Both the position numbers and the translations under genes were made by a program. Below are positions 52,937 through 62,176 of a stretch of DNA of 64,000 bases, in pieces; position 1 is the stretch's first letter; each line of letters starts with the position of its first letter. Under the pieces are notes generated by a model. It was not told the DNA's origin and did no database searches. It saw only the letters and a list, made by a program, of their open reading frames with translations. Origin of the DNA: an uncultured Bacilli bacterium (lineage in GTDB: Bacteria; Bacillota_I; Bacilli_A; RF39; UBA660); NCBI GenBank assembly GCA_934190785.1, contig CAKPTA010000002.1, forward strand, positions 59,385-123,384, given 5' to 3'.

Positions 52937-52992
52937 ACTATTCTATTCCTCCTAGTAATAATATGTTACCAAGTAATTTTATATTAATAAAT

Positions 52993-53526
52993 TTAAGAAA
53001 AATATTTATCAATTAATTCTTTTACAAAAAAAGTATATTCAGTATCATCCGTTTCATTTTCTTCAGCTTCTAATAAGCATAAAGGAGGAAATAAAACACA
53101 CCACCAATTATCACCAAGACCTTCTCCTAATGTAACAACAAGTGATTCATAATTACCTTTATCATACTTAATTCCTTTAAATTCTTTTTCTGGAAAATAA
53201 TTTGTTCCAAAATTAATTTTGTACCCTTTATCATAATTTTCTTCTTGTAATTTTTGTTCTATCTTAAGAGAAATACTATCTAAATTTTTAGCTATTATTT
53301 CTCTAGCATCATTAATGGTGCTTGCACTTTCAATAAGAGGATATGTATTATCTTCTAAAATTTTCTTTATCTTTCTTTTAATTTCTTGATCATATACAGA
53401 ATTACTATTTGGAATAACTCTAAGCCTAATAGCTTCTGCTGGTATTTTTACTGATGCACTATCAATTTCAGTAAGTGTAAAATATACACATATAAATAGT
53501 ACTAACATAAATAAATATTTTTTCAT
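52993..53526 (-). CDS. spoIIR: stage II sporulation protein R
   Basis: Signal anchor, IRLRVIPNSNSVYDQEIKRKI, and GDNWWCVLFPPLC, the hallmark of SpoIIR. Confidence 0.85.
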   Translation of the reverse strand: MKKYLFMLVLFICVYFTLTEIDSASVKIPAEAIRLRVIPNSNSVYDQEIKRKIKKILEDNTYPLIESASTINDAREIIAKNLDSISLKIEQKLQEENYDKGYKINFGTNYFPEKEFKGIKYDKGNYESLVVTLGEGLGDNWWCVLFPPLCLLEAEENETDDTEYTFFVKELIDKYFS

Positions 53527-53569
53527 ATCATCACCTATTTAATGATGATACAAAATTTATAAAATATAC

Positions 53570-53595
53570 AAAAAAAGCTTATTTGTGATAAGCTT
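53570..53595 (-). terminator. rho-independent terminator of rlmH
   Basis: AAGCTTAT-CACAA-ATAAGCTT followed by T6. The stop codon lies at the loop/stem junction of the hairpin. Confidence 0.7.
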
Positions 53596-54034
53596 CATTA
53601 TTTAAAATACGGTAACTACGGTATATTTGCTCTAATAAAATTATGCGAAATAATTGATGTGGAAAAGTCATTTTAGAAAATGATAATAATAAATTACTTT
53701 TGTTTTTAATATTTACATCTATTCCATATGAGCCACCAATAATAAAAGTTATATTAGAATTTTGTATTTGTATTCTATCTAACTCTTTAGAAAATGATAT
53801 TGAATCAAATTCTTTTCCTTCAATAGCAAGAGATATAATATAATCCTTAGGTTCTAAATATTTTTCAATATTAACAGCCTCTTTTTTCATAATTATATCT
53901 TTATTGTCACCTATCTCATCTGGCACTTCGATAATATTTATTTTTGTATATTTTTTTATTCTTTTATAATATTCTATAATAGCATTTTTAAAATACTCTT
54001 CTTTTATTTTTCCAACGCATATTATTTTAATCAT
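53579..54034 (-). CDS. rlmH: 23S rRNA (pseudouridine1915-N3)-methyltransferase RlmH
   Basis: SPOUT fold motifs ITFIIGGSYG and SFSKMTFPHQLFRIILLEQIYR. Confidence 0.9.
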   Translation of the reverse strand: MIKIICVGKIKEEYFKNAIIEYYKRIKKYTKINIIEVPDEIGDNKDIIMKKEAVNIEKYLEPKDYIISLAIEGKEFDSISFSKELDRIQIQNSNITFIIGGSYGIDVNIKNKSNLLLSFSKMTFPHQLFRIILLEQIYRSYRILNNEAYHK

Positions 54035-54795
54035 ATTTCTACCAACTCAGTTCTATTTGTTTGCGTTGAAATAATAATATTTACCATATTATTATCATTT
54101 TCTTCTAAACTTGTTTTTAATGTATCAAGTGCTAGTTCTTCAGTATTATTTTCTTCACTTAAGTGAATTAAAATTATTTGTTCTGTTTTAGGGCCTATAA
54201 ATTTATTTAAATATGATGCTGAATCAGCATTTGATAAATGCCCTCTGTCACCTAAAATTCGTTGTTTTAGGTGATATGGATATCTTCCATTCATAAGCAT
54301 TTCTACATCATGGTTGCTTTCCATAACATATAAATTTAAATTATCCAAATCTTTATAATATTTTCTATGTATATATCCTGTATCAGTAATATATGCAAGA
54401 CTACTTGTAGCATTTTTTAAAATATAACCATTGGAGTCATCAGTATCATGTGATGTTTTTAATACTTTTACATTTATATCTTTTATACTAAAGTCAATAT
54501 CTATTATTTCGTAGTTTGCTATATACATTTCCTTCATAAGTTCTTTATACATTATTTCACTTAAATATACTTTTGTTTTATATTTTTTTATAAAAACACG
54601 AAGTCCTTGAACATGATCAACATGGGTATGTGTAAGCAATATTCCATCAATTTCATTTGGATCAATACCCATTTCTTTTAAATTTCTCTCAATATAAAGG
54701 CAACTTGTTCCTATGTCAATAAGTAGTTTACTTTCGCTTGTCTCTATATATGTAGAATTTCCTTTAGAGCCACTTGCTAAAACACTTACTTTCAT
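54031..54795 (-). CDS. MBL-fold metallo-hydrolase (YycJ/WalJ-like)
   Basis: VLASGSKGNSTYIE and LLTHTHVDHVQG (HxHxDH). ATG at 54795 overlaps the upstream stop as TAATG. Confidence 0.8.
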   Translation of the reverse strand: MKVSVLASGSKGNSTYIETSESKLLIDIGTSCLYIERNLKEMGIDPNEIDGILLTHTHVDHVQGLRVFIKKYKTKVYLSEIMYKELMKEMYIANYEIIDIDFSIKDINVKVLKTSHDTDDSNGYILKNATSSLAYITDTGYIHRKYYKDLDNLNLYVMESNHDVEMLMNGRYPYHLKQRILGDRGHLSNADSASYLNKFIGPKTEQIILIHLSEENNTEELALDTLKTSLEENDNNMVNIIISTQTNRTELVEI

Positions 54796-56252
54796 TATTG
54801 ATACATTGTCCATGGATTTATTCTTCTACCACCATACCATGGAGCTCCTCCTACCCAAACTTCAAAGTGACAGTGTGGACCAGTCGCCCATCCTGATTGT
54901 CCTACATATCCAATTATTTGACCACGTTCAACAGTCTCGCCTTTTTCAACAGCTCTCTTAGACATATGTGCATAACAAGTATAATATCCATTATTATGAT
55001 TTATACATACATTATTACCATCCATTGATTTATAATTTGATTGATATACAACTCCATTTGTTGCAGCATATATTGGTGATCCATATCCTGTACCAGATAT
55101 ATCAAGTCCACCATGTAATTCACGAGATCCATCAATTGGATTTATACGATATGTAAATCCTGATGATATTGTATATCCACTATTTGTAGGCCATACCCAA
55201 TCACCAACACTTCCAACTGATTGAACATATTTATCACCTTTTACAACAATTTCATTTACTGCTGCTTTTAATTCTTCTTTTGATATAGGTTCTACATAAT
55301 ATATTGTACCATTTACGTATTTAGTCATTTGCGAAACACGCTCTAGACCGTCTTCACCTTGTTGTAAAACTTCACTTACGCCAACAAGTTTTGTAGAATC
55401 ATACTTAATTTCTGTTTTATATTTACTTACAATGTCATTTACAGAATACTCTTCCTCAACAACAGAAAGTTGCGGATCCATAACACCAATGACAACTTCT
55501 TGTCCTGGAAATAAAAGATTTTTCTCACTAGTAAATGTAGGATTTGATATTAAAAATTCTTCAACACTTATTTGATTATTAAAAGCAACATCACTAATTG
55601 TGTCTCCAACCTGCACAGTATATGTCGCTTGAGCTTCTGTTGTACCAAATAAAAGATACTTAGCTAACTCTGTACTGTCAGTATAAATACTTTCTGTAAC
55701 AGGAATATTATACTCTTTTACAGTAATATCATCATCTACATATACAGACTTAATTTCACTACCAGTATTTTGAATTTTTGCTTGTGTTTTAGTTTTATAT
55801 TGTTCATACTTTTCTTTACCAACAAAGGTTTCAATCATAGAATTAACAGCTTGTTTAAAAGTATCTTTTTCTAAAACGTAAACTTTCTTAGTTTCATTTT
55901 CTTTTTTAATAGAAAATTGATATCCTGACACTGTAAATGGTTCTTTCTCATAAATTAAATTATATATATCTTCAACTGATTTTACATCTTCACTATAAGT
56001 TGTTATTTTTTTTATTTCCAAACCATTAGGTATGTGAACTTTTTTCACATTATATTTTTTCTTATATTCAACACTTTTTTTATTTATATATGTTTCTAAT
56101 TCTTTTTTATCTTTAATAACTCCCAAGTCTTCATTATTTAAATAAACTTTATAATATGTATTTGGTTCACTAGTTTTTCTATACCCAAATGTAAGTAATG
56201 CAACACATCCTATAAAAAATATTAGTAGTACATTCAATATAAACTTCTTCAT
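54795..56252 (-). CDS. membrane-anchored LysM + G5-like + M23 peptidase
   Basis: N-terminal TM. LysM YTVQVGDTISDVAF. Intact M23 motifs HGGLD and HCHFEV. Confidence 0.8.
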   Translation of the reverse strand: MKKFILNVLLIFFIGCVALLTFGYRKTSEPNTYYKVYLNNEDLGVIKDKKELETYINKKSVEYKKKYNVKKVHIPNGLEIKKITTYSEDVKSVEDIYNLIYEKEPFTVSGYQFSIKKENETKKVYVLEKDTFKQAVNSMIETFVGKEKYEQYKTKTQAKIQNTGSEIKSVYVDDDITVKEYNIPVTESIYTDSTELAKYLLFGTTEAQATYTVQVGDTISDVAFNNQISVEEFLISNPTFTSEKNLLFPGQEVVIGVMDPQLSVVEEEYSVNDIVSKYKTEIKYDSTKLVGVSEVLQQGEDGLERVSQMTKYVNGTIYYVEPISKEELKAAVNEIVVKGDKYVQSVGSVGDWVWPTNSGYTISSGFTYRINPIDGSRELHGGLDISGTGYGSPIYAATNGVVYQSNYKSMDGNNVCINHNNGYYTCYAHMSKRAVEKGETVERGQIIGYVGQSGWATGPHCHFEVWVGGAPWYGGRRINPWTMYQ

Positions 56253-56259
56253 AGCTCAC

Positions 56260-57600
56260 CTACATTTCTTCCTTATTTATGAAATTAACAAATGTTGAAG
56301 TATTTCTCCTAAAAATCAAGTCAATTGTTGTTGTTGGACCACTACGATGCTTTCCAATTATAAACTCACTTCTACTTGTATTTTCATCAATTGCGCTTTC
56401 TTTATTATAATAATCATCTCGATATAAGAAGGCAACTATATCTGCATCTTGTTCAATTGATCCAGACTCTCTTAAGTCACTTAATATTGGGCGTTTATCA
56501 TCACGTCCTTCAACACTACGCGATAACTGAGCTAAAGCTATAACAGGTATTTCAAGTTCCATCGCAAGTGTTTTTAATGATCTTGATATTTCTGCTATTT
56601 CTTGTTGACGATTCCCTGCATATTTTGGACCACCACTAATTAACTGTAAATAGTCAATTATAACAATGTCTAGTCCATCTTGTGAACTAGCAAGTCGTCT
56701 ACACTTTGCACGTATTTCAGCAATTGTCATACCAGGTGTATCATCAATATACATTTTTGTATCAGCAAGTCGACTAATAGCTTCATTAACTCTTTTCCAA
56801 TCATTATGTTCTAATCTTCCATTTTTTAATTTATTGAATTCAATTTGTCCAACAGATGATAACATACGAACAGCTAATTGTTCTGCTCCCATTTCCATAT
56901 TAAATAGTGCTACTGTCTTTTTAGCATTCATAGCTATATTTGTAGCAAGATTTAAAGCAAATGCTGTTTTTCCCATGGCAGGACGTGCTGCAATTATAAT
57001 TAATTCATTAGGATGTAACCCAGCTGTTACTTTATCCAAATCATAAAAACCAGTTGGCAATCCTGTTATTTCACCTTTGCTTTGTGATAATTTTTCCAAA
57101 TCTGCTTGTGTTTTAAATAAAACATCTTGAATAGTTCTAAACTCTGTACCCTTTCTTGTTTTGACAACACCCAATATTTTCTTTTCAGCATTATCAAGTA
57201 TAGAACTTATATCTTCTTTAGAAGAATATCCTGAATTTGTTATTTCAGTAGATGTTTCAATCAATTTACGTAAAATAGCTTTTTCTTCAACAATATTAAT
57301 ATACTCATCTACATTTGCGGCAGAAGGAACTATATTAATAATTTCACTTAAATATTCAACATTACCAATTTGTTTTAATTCCTGTCTTTTATCTAGTTCT
57401 GCCGTTACTGTTGTGATATCGATTGCACTTCCTGCTTCAGCTAAACTTGATATAGCATTAAATATTTTGGCATGTGCATCAGAATAAAAAACTTCTTGCG
57501 ATAAATTTTCTAAACACTTTTGTAAAGCATATTTAGATAAAAACATAGCTCCCAATACAGACTGTTCTGCTTCTATATTGTGTGGCATTGTTTTATCCAT
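56260..57600 (-). CDS. dnaB: replicative DNA helicase (DnaB family; DnaC in Bacillus nomenclature)
   Basis: PHNIEAEQSVLG, Walker A AARPAMGKTAFAL, IIDYLQLI, SRSVEGR. Confidence 0.95.
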   Translation of the reverse strand: MDKTMPHNIEAEQSVLGAMFLSKYALQKCLENLSQEVFYSDAHAKIFNAISSLAEAGSAIDITTVTAELDKRQELKQIGNVEYLSEIINIVPSAANVDEYINIVEEKAILRKLIETSTEITNSGYSSKEDISSILDNAEKKILGVVKTRKGTEFRTIQDVLFKTQADLEKLSQSKGEITGLPTGFYDLDKVTAGLHPNELIIIAARPAMGKTAFALNLATNIAMNAKKTVALFNMEMGAEQLAVRMLSSVGQIEFNKLKNGRLEHNDWKRVNEAISRLADTKMYIDDTPGMTIAEIRAKCRRLASSQDGLDIVIIDYLQLISGGPKYAGNRQQEIAEISRSLKTLAMELEIPVIALAQLSRSVEGRDDKRPILSDLRESGSIEQDADIVAFLYRDDYYNKESAIDENTSRSEFIIGKHRSGPTTTIDLIFRRNTSTFVNFINKEEM

Positions 57601-57608
57601 AAAATCAC

Positions 57609-58055
57609 CTAGCTTTCTTTTTCAACTACTATTTTAATTTCTGCTACCACTTTTTTATGTAATTCAATTTCAACAATATGTGTTCCAATCCCTGTTATTG
57701 GATGGTCAATTTTAATTTGTGTCTTTGATACATTATAGTTTTTTTCATCCAACATCTTCTTTATTTGTTTAGTTGATATTTGTCCAAACATCATATCTTG
57801 TTTTCCAGTTTGAACTTTAAAAACAAATTTTTCTTTTTCTAATTTCATTTTTAAAGATTCCATATCTTTAATTAAAAGATTTTCTTCTAATGCATCATTT
57901 GAAACCTTTATTTTTACTTTTTCTATATTACTTTGATCTGCTTTGATAGCATAGCCATTCTTTATTAAAAAATTTTGGGCATATCCATCCTTAACTTCTT
58001 TTATTTCATTCTTTTTTCCTTGACCTTTTAAATCTTTAAGAAATATTACCTTCAT
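57609..58055 (-). CDS. rplI: 50S ribosomal protein L9
   Basis: [30 protein letters not shown]. Confidence 0.92.
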   Translation of the reverse strand: MKVIFLKDLKGQGKKNEIKEVKDGYAQNFLIKNGYAIKADQSNIEKVKIKVSNDALEENLLIKDMESLKMKLEKEKFVFKVQTGKQDMMFGQISTKQIKKMLDEKNYNVSKTQIKIDHPITGIGTHIVEIELHKKVVAEIKIVVEKES

Positions 58056-59031
58056 TTTCATCACATCCTTTAATTATTTCAATTAACTTATCTTTTACAC
58101 TTTCTATAGTAGTGTTTTCAATAGATGAAGCGGCATCAGTTTTATGACCTCCTCCACCTAAACAATACATTATTTGCTCTACATCAATATTTCCAATTGA
58201 TCTTGCACTTATAGCAACTGTATTATTATCTATATAACCAATTGTAAAAGATGCTTCTACATTATCAAATTGTAACAAATCTTCGGATATAAGCGCTAAC
58301 ATATATTTCTTATAAATATTGTTATCCATTACACATAAAGCAATTTTATCCGTTATCATATTACTGTTTTTTACAAAATCTTGACGCTTACAATAATTTT
58401 CTTTGTCTTCTTTTAATAATTGTTTTTTTACAATATTATCTGCTCCAGCTCTTAATAAATATGCTGCAGCATCATGTGTATCAGCTGTTGTTTTAATGTT
58501 AAATGCATTAGTATCAACATCCATTCCTGCTAGCATAATTGTTGCAACTATTGGAGAAATTACGCTATTTAAATACTTCGCATAATTAATCATTATTTCA
58601 ACTGTACTTGATGCTGTATCATTTATATATGTAAACATACTTGGTATAGTTTCTACATTTGTAATATGATGATCAATAATAAAGATATCTTGATCTTTAA
58701 TAGCATCATAATTTTCTAACAAAGTTACTTTATGAGTATCAACAACTATAGCTAAAGTATTAGGGTAAATATCAGTTTCTTGATAGGCATACTTTATATC
58801 TATATTTAGTTCTTCTAGTTTTTGTTTACTCTTTTCAGTTGATTTATTTTCTAAATCATGACTCATATAAATCATAACATCCTTTTTAAAAGGAGATATT
58901 ATTTCATATAAACATAATGCTGCTCCATATGCATCTAAATCCATTGCTTTATGTCCCATAATAACAATATGTTCATGTTCTTTTATCTCTTTTGTGAGCA
59001 ATTTAAAAGCTTCAATCATATGACACCTCAC
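58036..59031 (-). CDS. stand-alone DHH/DHHA1 phosphoesterase (GdpP catalytic-module-like / NrnA-like)
   Basis: [19 protein letters not shown] and GGGHKTDAA (DHHA1). Sits in the gdpP(yybT)-rplI-dnaC position. No TM/PAS/GGDEF part. Confidence 0.8.
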   Translation of the reverse strand: MRCHMIEAFKLLTKEIKEHEHIVIMGHKAMDLDAYGAALCLYEIISPFKKDVMIYMSHDLENKSTEKSKQKLEELNIDIKYAYQETDIYPNTLAIVVDTHKVTLLENYDAIKDQDIFIIDHHITNVETIPSMFTYINDTASSTVEIMINYAKYLNSVISPIVATIMLAGMDVDTNAFNIKTTADTHDAAAYLLRAGADNIVKKQLLKEDKENYCKRQDFVKNSNMITDKIALCVMDNNIYKKYMLALISEDLLQFDNVEASFTIGYIDNNTVAISARSIGNIDVEQIMYCLGGGGHKTDAASSIENTTIESVKDKLIEIIKGCDENEGNIS

Positions 59032-59080
59032 TTACTTATCTATTATACTATAAATTAAGTTTAAAAAAAAGATTAATTTC

Positions 59081-60007
59081 TTAACCTTTATTTCTAATTC
59101 TATCTGCTAAATTTTTGATTTTATTAAATCTATGATATAATCCTGACTTTGTAATTGAATTACCAGTCTCTAATGTTATTATCTCACCTAGTTCTGTTAA
59201 AGAGGCATCTTTATATTTAAGCCTATATATAGCAGCTTCATGTGTTTTTTCATCTAGTAATTCCAAACCACAAGTTTGCTCTATTAATTCTATATCGGAT
59301 ACTTGCTTTATGGCTGCTAAGACAGTTTTATCGACATTTGCTTGTTCACAATTATTAAGACGATTAGTCATATTTTTATGGTCACGATATATCCTAATAT
59401 CTTCATAGTAAAATAGAGCATTAGTCGTATTCAAAATTCTAAGAAAATCACCTATTTTTTCTGCTTCCTTTATATAAACCATGTACTTATTATCTTTCTT
59501 TAAGACTTTACTATTCAAATTATATTCATTAAGCATTTTCGAAACAAATTTAGCATAATTAAGATTATCAACAAAAAATTCCAAATGATATCTTGACTTT
59601 TTAGGATCATTTATACTTCCAGTTGCTAAAAAAATACCACGCAAATATGCTCTTGACTGTTCATCATCACCATATATGTACAATTTTGGAATATTATCAA
59701 TGTTTCCATAATCAATACTTAAATCAGCAAGTATAAACTTAGTTTTATGAGTTATTTCCAAAATGTAAACATAATTTTTATTAAAATTATATCCACGTCT
59801 TACAGTAATTTTAGGAGATATATGATAAATATTTTTTATTAAATTAAATATGCGTCGTGCTACACTAGCATTTTCTGTGGTTATTTTTATCCTATCAGAA
59901 ACAAAAACTCCAATATTACGGATAATAGCTGATAATTCCGCAATTGACTCTGCATCTTTTGTTTCTAATTTACTAACCTCATTTTTTACAACACTTGTAA
60001 ATGACAT
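59081..60007 (-). CDS. whiA: DNA-binding sporulation/cell-division regulator WhiA
   Basis: MSFTSVVKNEVSK, LAGLIDADG-like central domains, and the C-terminal HTH ITKSGLYHRFNKI. Confidence 0.9.
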   Translation of the reverse strand: MSFTSVVKNEVSKLETKDAESIAELSAIIRNIGVFVSDRIKITTENASVARRIFNLIKNIYHISPKITVRRGYNFNKNYVYILEITHKTKFILADLSIDYGNIDNIPKLYIYGDDEQSRAYLRGIFLATGSINDPKKSRYHLEFFVDNLNYAKFVSKMLNEYNLNSKVLKKDNKYMVYIKEAEKIGDFLRILNTTNALFYYEDIRIYRDHKNMTNRLNNCEQANVDKTVLAAIKQVSDIELIEQTCGLELLDEKTHEAAIYRLKYKDASLTELGEIITLETGNSITKSGLYHRFNKIKNLADRIRNKG

Positions 60008-60022
60008 TTAACACCTACTTTA

Positions 60023-60937
60023 CTATATATTTTCTCTTAAATATTTACTCGCACTTGAAGCTGCTATTGCACCTTCTGACGAAGCAGTTACTAATTGATA
60101 TAAGCTTTTTTTTATACAATCACCACATGCATAAATACCTTTTATATTTGTTTCCATTAAAGATGAGACAATTATACTATTATTATCTATTTGTAAATTA
60201 AGGTTATCTAAAAAAGACAAATTAGATTCTAATCCGATATAAATAAATAAACCTTTTGTTTTTATTTCTTCCCCATTTTTTAGAATTATGCTTTTTAACT
60301 GGCCATTTTCTTTATTTAGTGTTTCAATTACACTATTATATAATATGTTTATATTATTTGTCCTTTTTACTTTGTTTGCTAATATTGCATCTGCTCTTAA
60401 AACAGAACTTCTATTTATAATAGTTACATTTTTGCAAAACTTGGATAAACATAAAGCTTCCTCAAGTGCACTATTGCCTCCACCAACAACACATACATCT
60501 TCATCTTTAAAGAAGGCCCCATCACAAGTAGCACAAAAACTAATACCGCTTCCTATCAGAGACTTTTCATTAGGAAGTCCCAACATTTTTCTTTCGCGTC
60601 CAAGAGCTAAAATTACTACCTTTGCTTGATATTCATTATCTTTTGTTAATACTTTTTTTTCTAAATTATTATCTATTACTGAAATAACATTATCATATAT
60701 AATTGGTACATTTAATGATTTAACTTGCTTATAAATATTTTGGGATAAAGTATATCCATCAATTCTATCACATCCAGGGTAATTTTCTATAATAGATATT
60801 TGATTCATTTGTCCACCATAAGTACTTTTTTCAATCAACACTACATTATATCCGTATCTTTTTAAATAAATTGCAGCCGTCATTCCACTGATGCCTGCTC
60901 CAATAATTATACAATCAAAATGAGTCTCCACTTGCAT
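60023..60937 (-). CDS. trxB: thioredoxin-disulfide reductase
   Basis: IIIGAGISG, redox centre CATCDG, GGGNSALEEA. Confidence 0.9.
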   Translation of the reverse strand: MQVETHFDCIIIGAGISGMTAAIYLKRYGYNVVLIEKSTYGGQMNQISIIENYPGCDRIDGYTLSQNIYKQVKSLNVPIIYDNVISVIDNNLEKKVLTKDNEYQAKVVILALGRERKMLGLPNEKSLIGSGISFCATCDGAFFKDEDVCVVGGGNSALEEALCLSKFCKNVTIINRSSVLRADAILANKVKRTNNINILYNSVIETLNKENGQLKSIILKNGEEIKTKGLFIYIGLESNLSFLDNLNLQIDNNSIIVSSLMETNIKGIYACGDCIKKSLYQLVTASSEGAIAASSASKYLRENI

Positions 60938-61730
60938 TCCTTATATCATTGTATCGATTATTAAATACGGATTTTCTTTTTATTAAAATAAACCAAATTA
61001 TACCTATTATTACCATTAATAATGAAGCTATCTGAGCTACTTTAAAATTCATAAACATTAAACTATCTGTACGTAATGATTCAACGAAAAATCTTTCTAC
61101 ACCATACCATATTAGGTAAAAACTTGTACACATTCCTAGTTTCCAATATTTTGTGCGGCGTAAAACAACTAATAATATAAATCCAATAAAACACCATATT
61201 GATTCATAAAGAAATGTAGGTTGACGATAAAAACTATCAATGTTCATACCATCTATAATAAATTGTGGTAAATGTATACTCTTTAAAAAAGATAATGTCG
61301 TAACTGGACCATATGCTTCACTATTAAAGAAGTTTCCCCATCTTCCTATAGCTTGACCAATTATTAATCCTACTACTACTATATCAAGCAATCTAACAAT
61401 ATTTACTTTATACTTATGTGCATAAAAAAGGAGAAATAATAGACCAAAAATTATACCACCATGAATAGCAAGTCCACCTTCCCAGACTTTAATAATATCT
61501 TGTGGATTTATCAGATAATAGTCTAAATTAAATAAAACATAATATAATCTTGCACCAATTAAACATATTGGTACTAAATAGAAAAATAAATTTATTATAA
61601 ATCCTTCTGATATGTTAAATCTTTTAGCCTCAATTAAAACAATTCTTCCACCAACTAAAAAAGCAATTAAAATAAATATAGAATACCAATATATTTGGAT
61701 ATTACCAATTTCTAAAAATATAGGGTTCAT
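60915..61730 (-). CDS. lgt: prolipoprotein diacylglyceryl transferase
   Basis: GGLAIHGGIIFG and GRWGNFFNSEAYG signature. Confidence 0.9.
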   Translation of the reverse strand: MNPIFLEIGNIQIYWYSIFILIAFLVGGRIVLIEAKRFNISEGFIINLFFYLVPICLIGARLYYVLFNLDYYLINPQDIIKVWEGGLAIHGGIIFGLLFLLFYAHKYKVNIVRLLDIVVVGLIIGQAIGRWGNFFNSEAYGPVTTLSFLKSIHLPQFIIDGMNIDSFYRQPTFLYESIWCFIGFILLVVLRRTKYWKLGMCTSFYLIWYGVERFFVESLRTDSLMFMNFKVAQIASLLMVIIGIIWFILIKRKSVFNNRYNDIRNASGDSF

Positions 61731-61733
61731 AAA

Positions 61734-62132
61734 CTAATCCTTTCTAAGTAGTGGTTTTATCACTACATTGTCTAAAATCATATTCATAATAGAGATTAAA
61801 ATGGCAACTAAACAAGTCATAAAGATGCCATTTACAGAGAAATGACTGCCAAGGCAAAAATCTACAATATACAAAATAAACACATTAATAAAAGGATAAA
61901 AGACTCCAAGTGTTAATGCAGTAATAGGAATAGTTAATTTAACAATAATTGGTTTTATAGTTCTATTTAAAATATTTATCAAAATGGCAGCTAAAAGACT
62001 CCAAAAGCCAAAGTAATTATTATCAATTTGAATTGTATTTTTAAATAAAACTGATACTGATATTAAAATAAGAGCGTACCCAATCATATAAATTAACCAC
62101 TCAATAAACTTTTGTAATGATTTTTTATTCAT
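61734..62132 (-). CDS. four-TM membrane protein (YvlD / holin superfamily IV-like)
   Basis: 132 aa, 4 hydrophobic segments, lying between uvrB and lgt as for Bacillus yvlD-type genes. Confidence 0.55.
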   Translation of the reverse strand: MNKKSLQKFIEWLIYMIGYALILISVSVLFKNTIQIDNNYFGFWSLLAAILINILNRTIKPIIVKLTIPITALTLGVFYPFINVFILYIVDFCLGSHFSVNGIFMTCLVAILISIMNMILDNVVIKPLLRKD

Positions 62133-62176
62133 AACAATTCCCCATCTCTATTATAATTATATCATATAATATAAAA

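Noticed and set aside
52937-52992. Possible yybP-ykoY (Mn) riboswitch upstream of mntP.
   Set aside because: Only 56 bp separate mntP from the upstream spoIIR stop, which is too short for the riboswitch, and no conserved-looking helices are seen.
54968-55156. His/Tyr/Leu-rich 62-aa plus-strand ORF, with 54713-54961.
   Set aside because: Both are antisense to the M23/LysM peptidase and MBL hydrolase genes. They are compositional artefacts.
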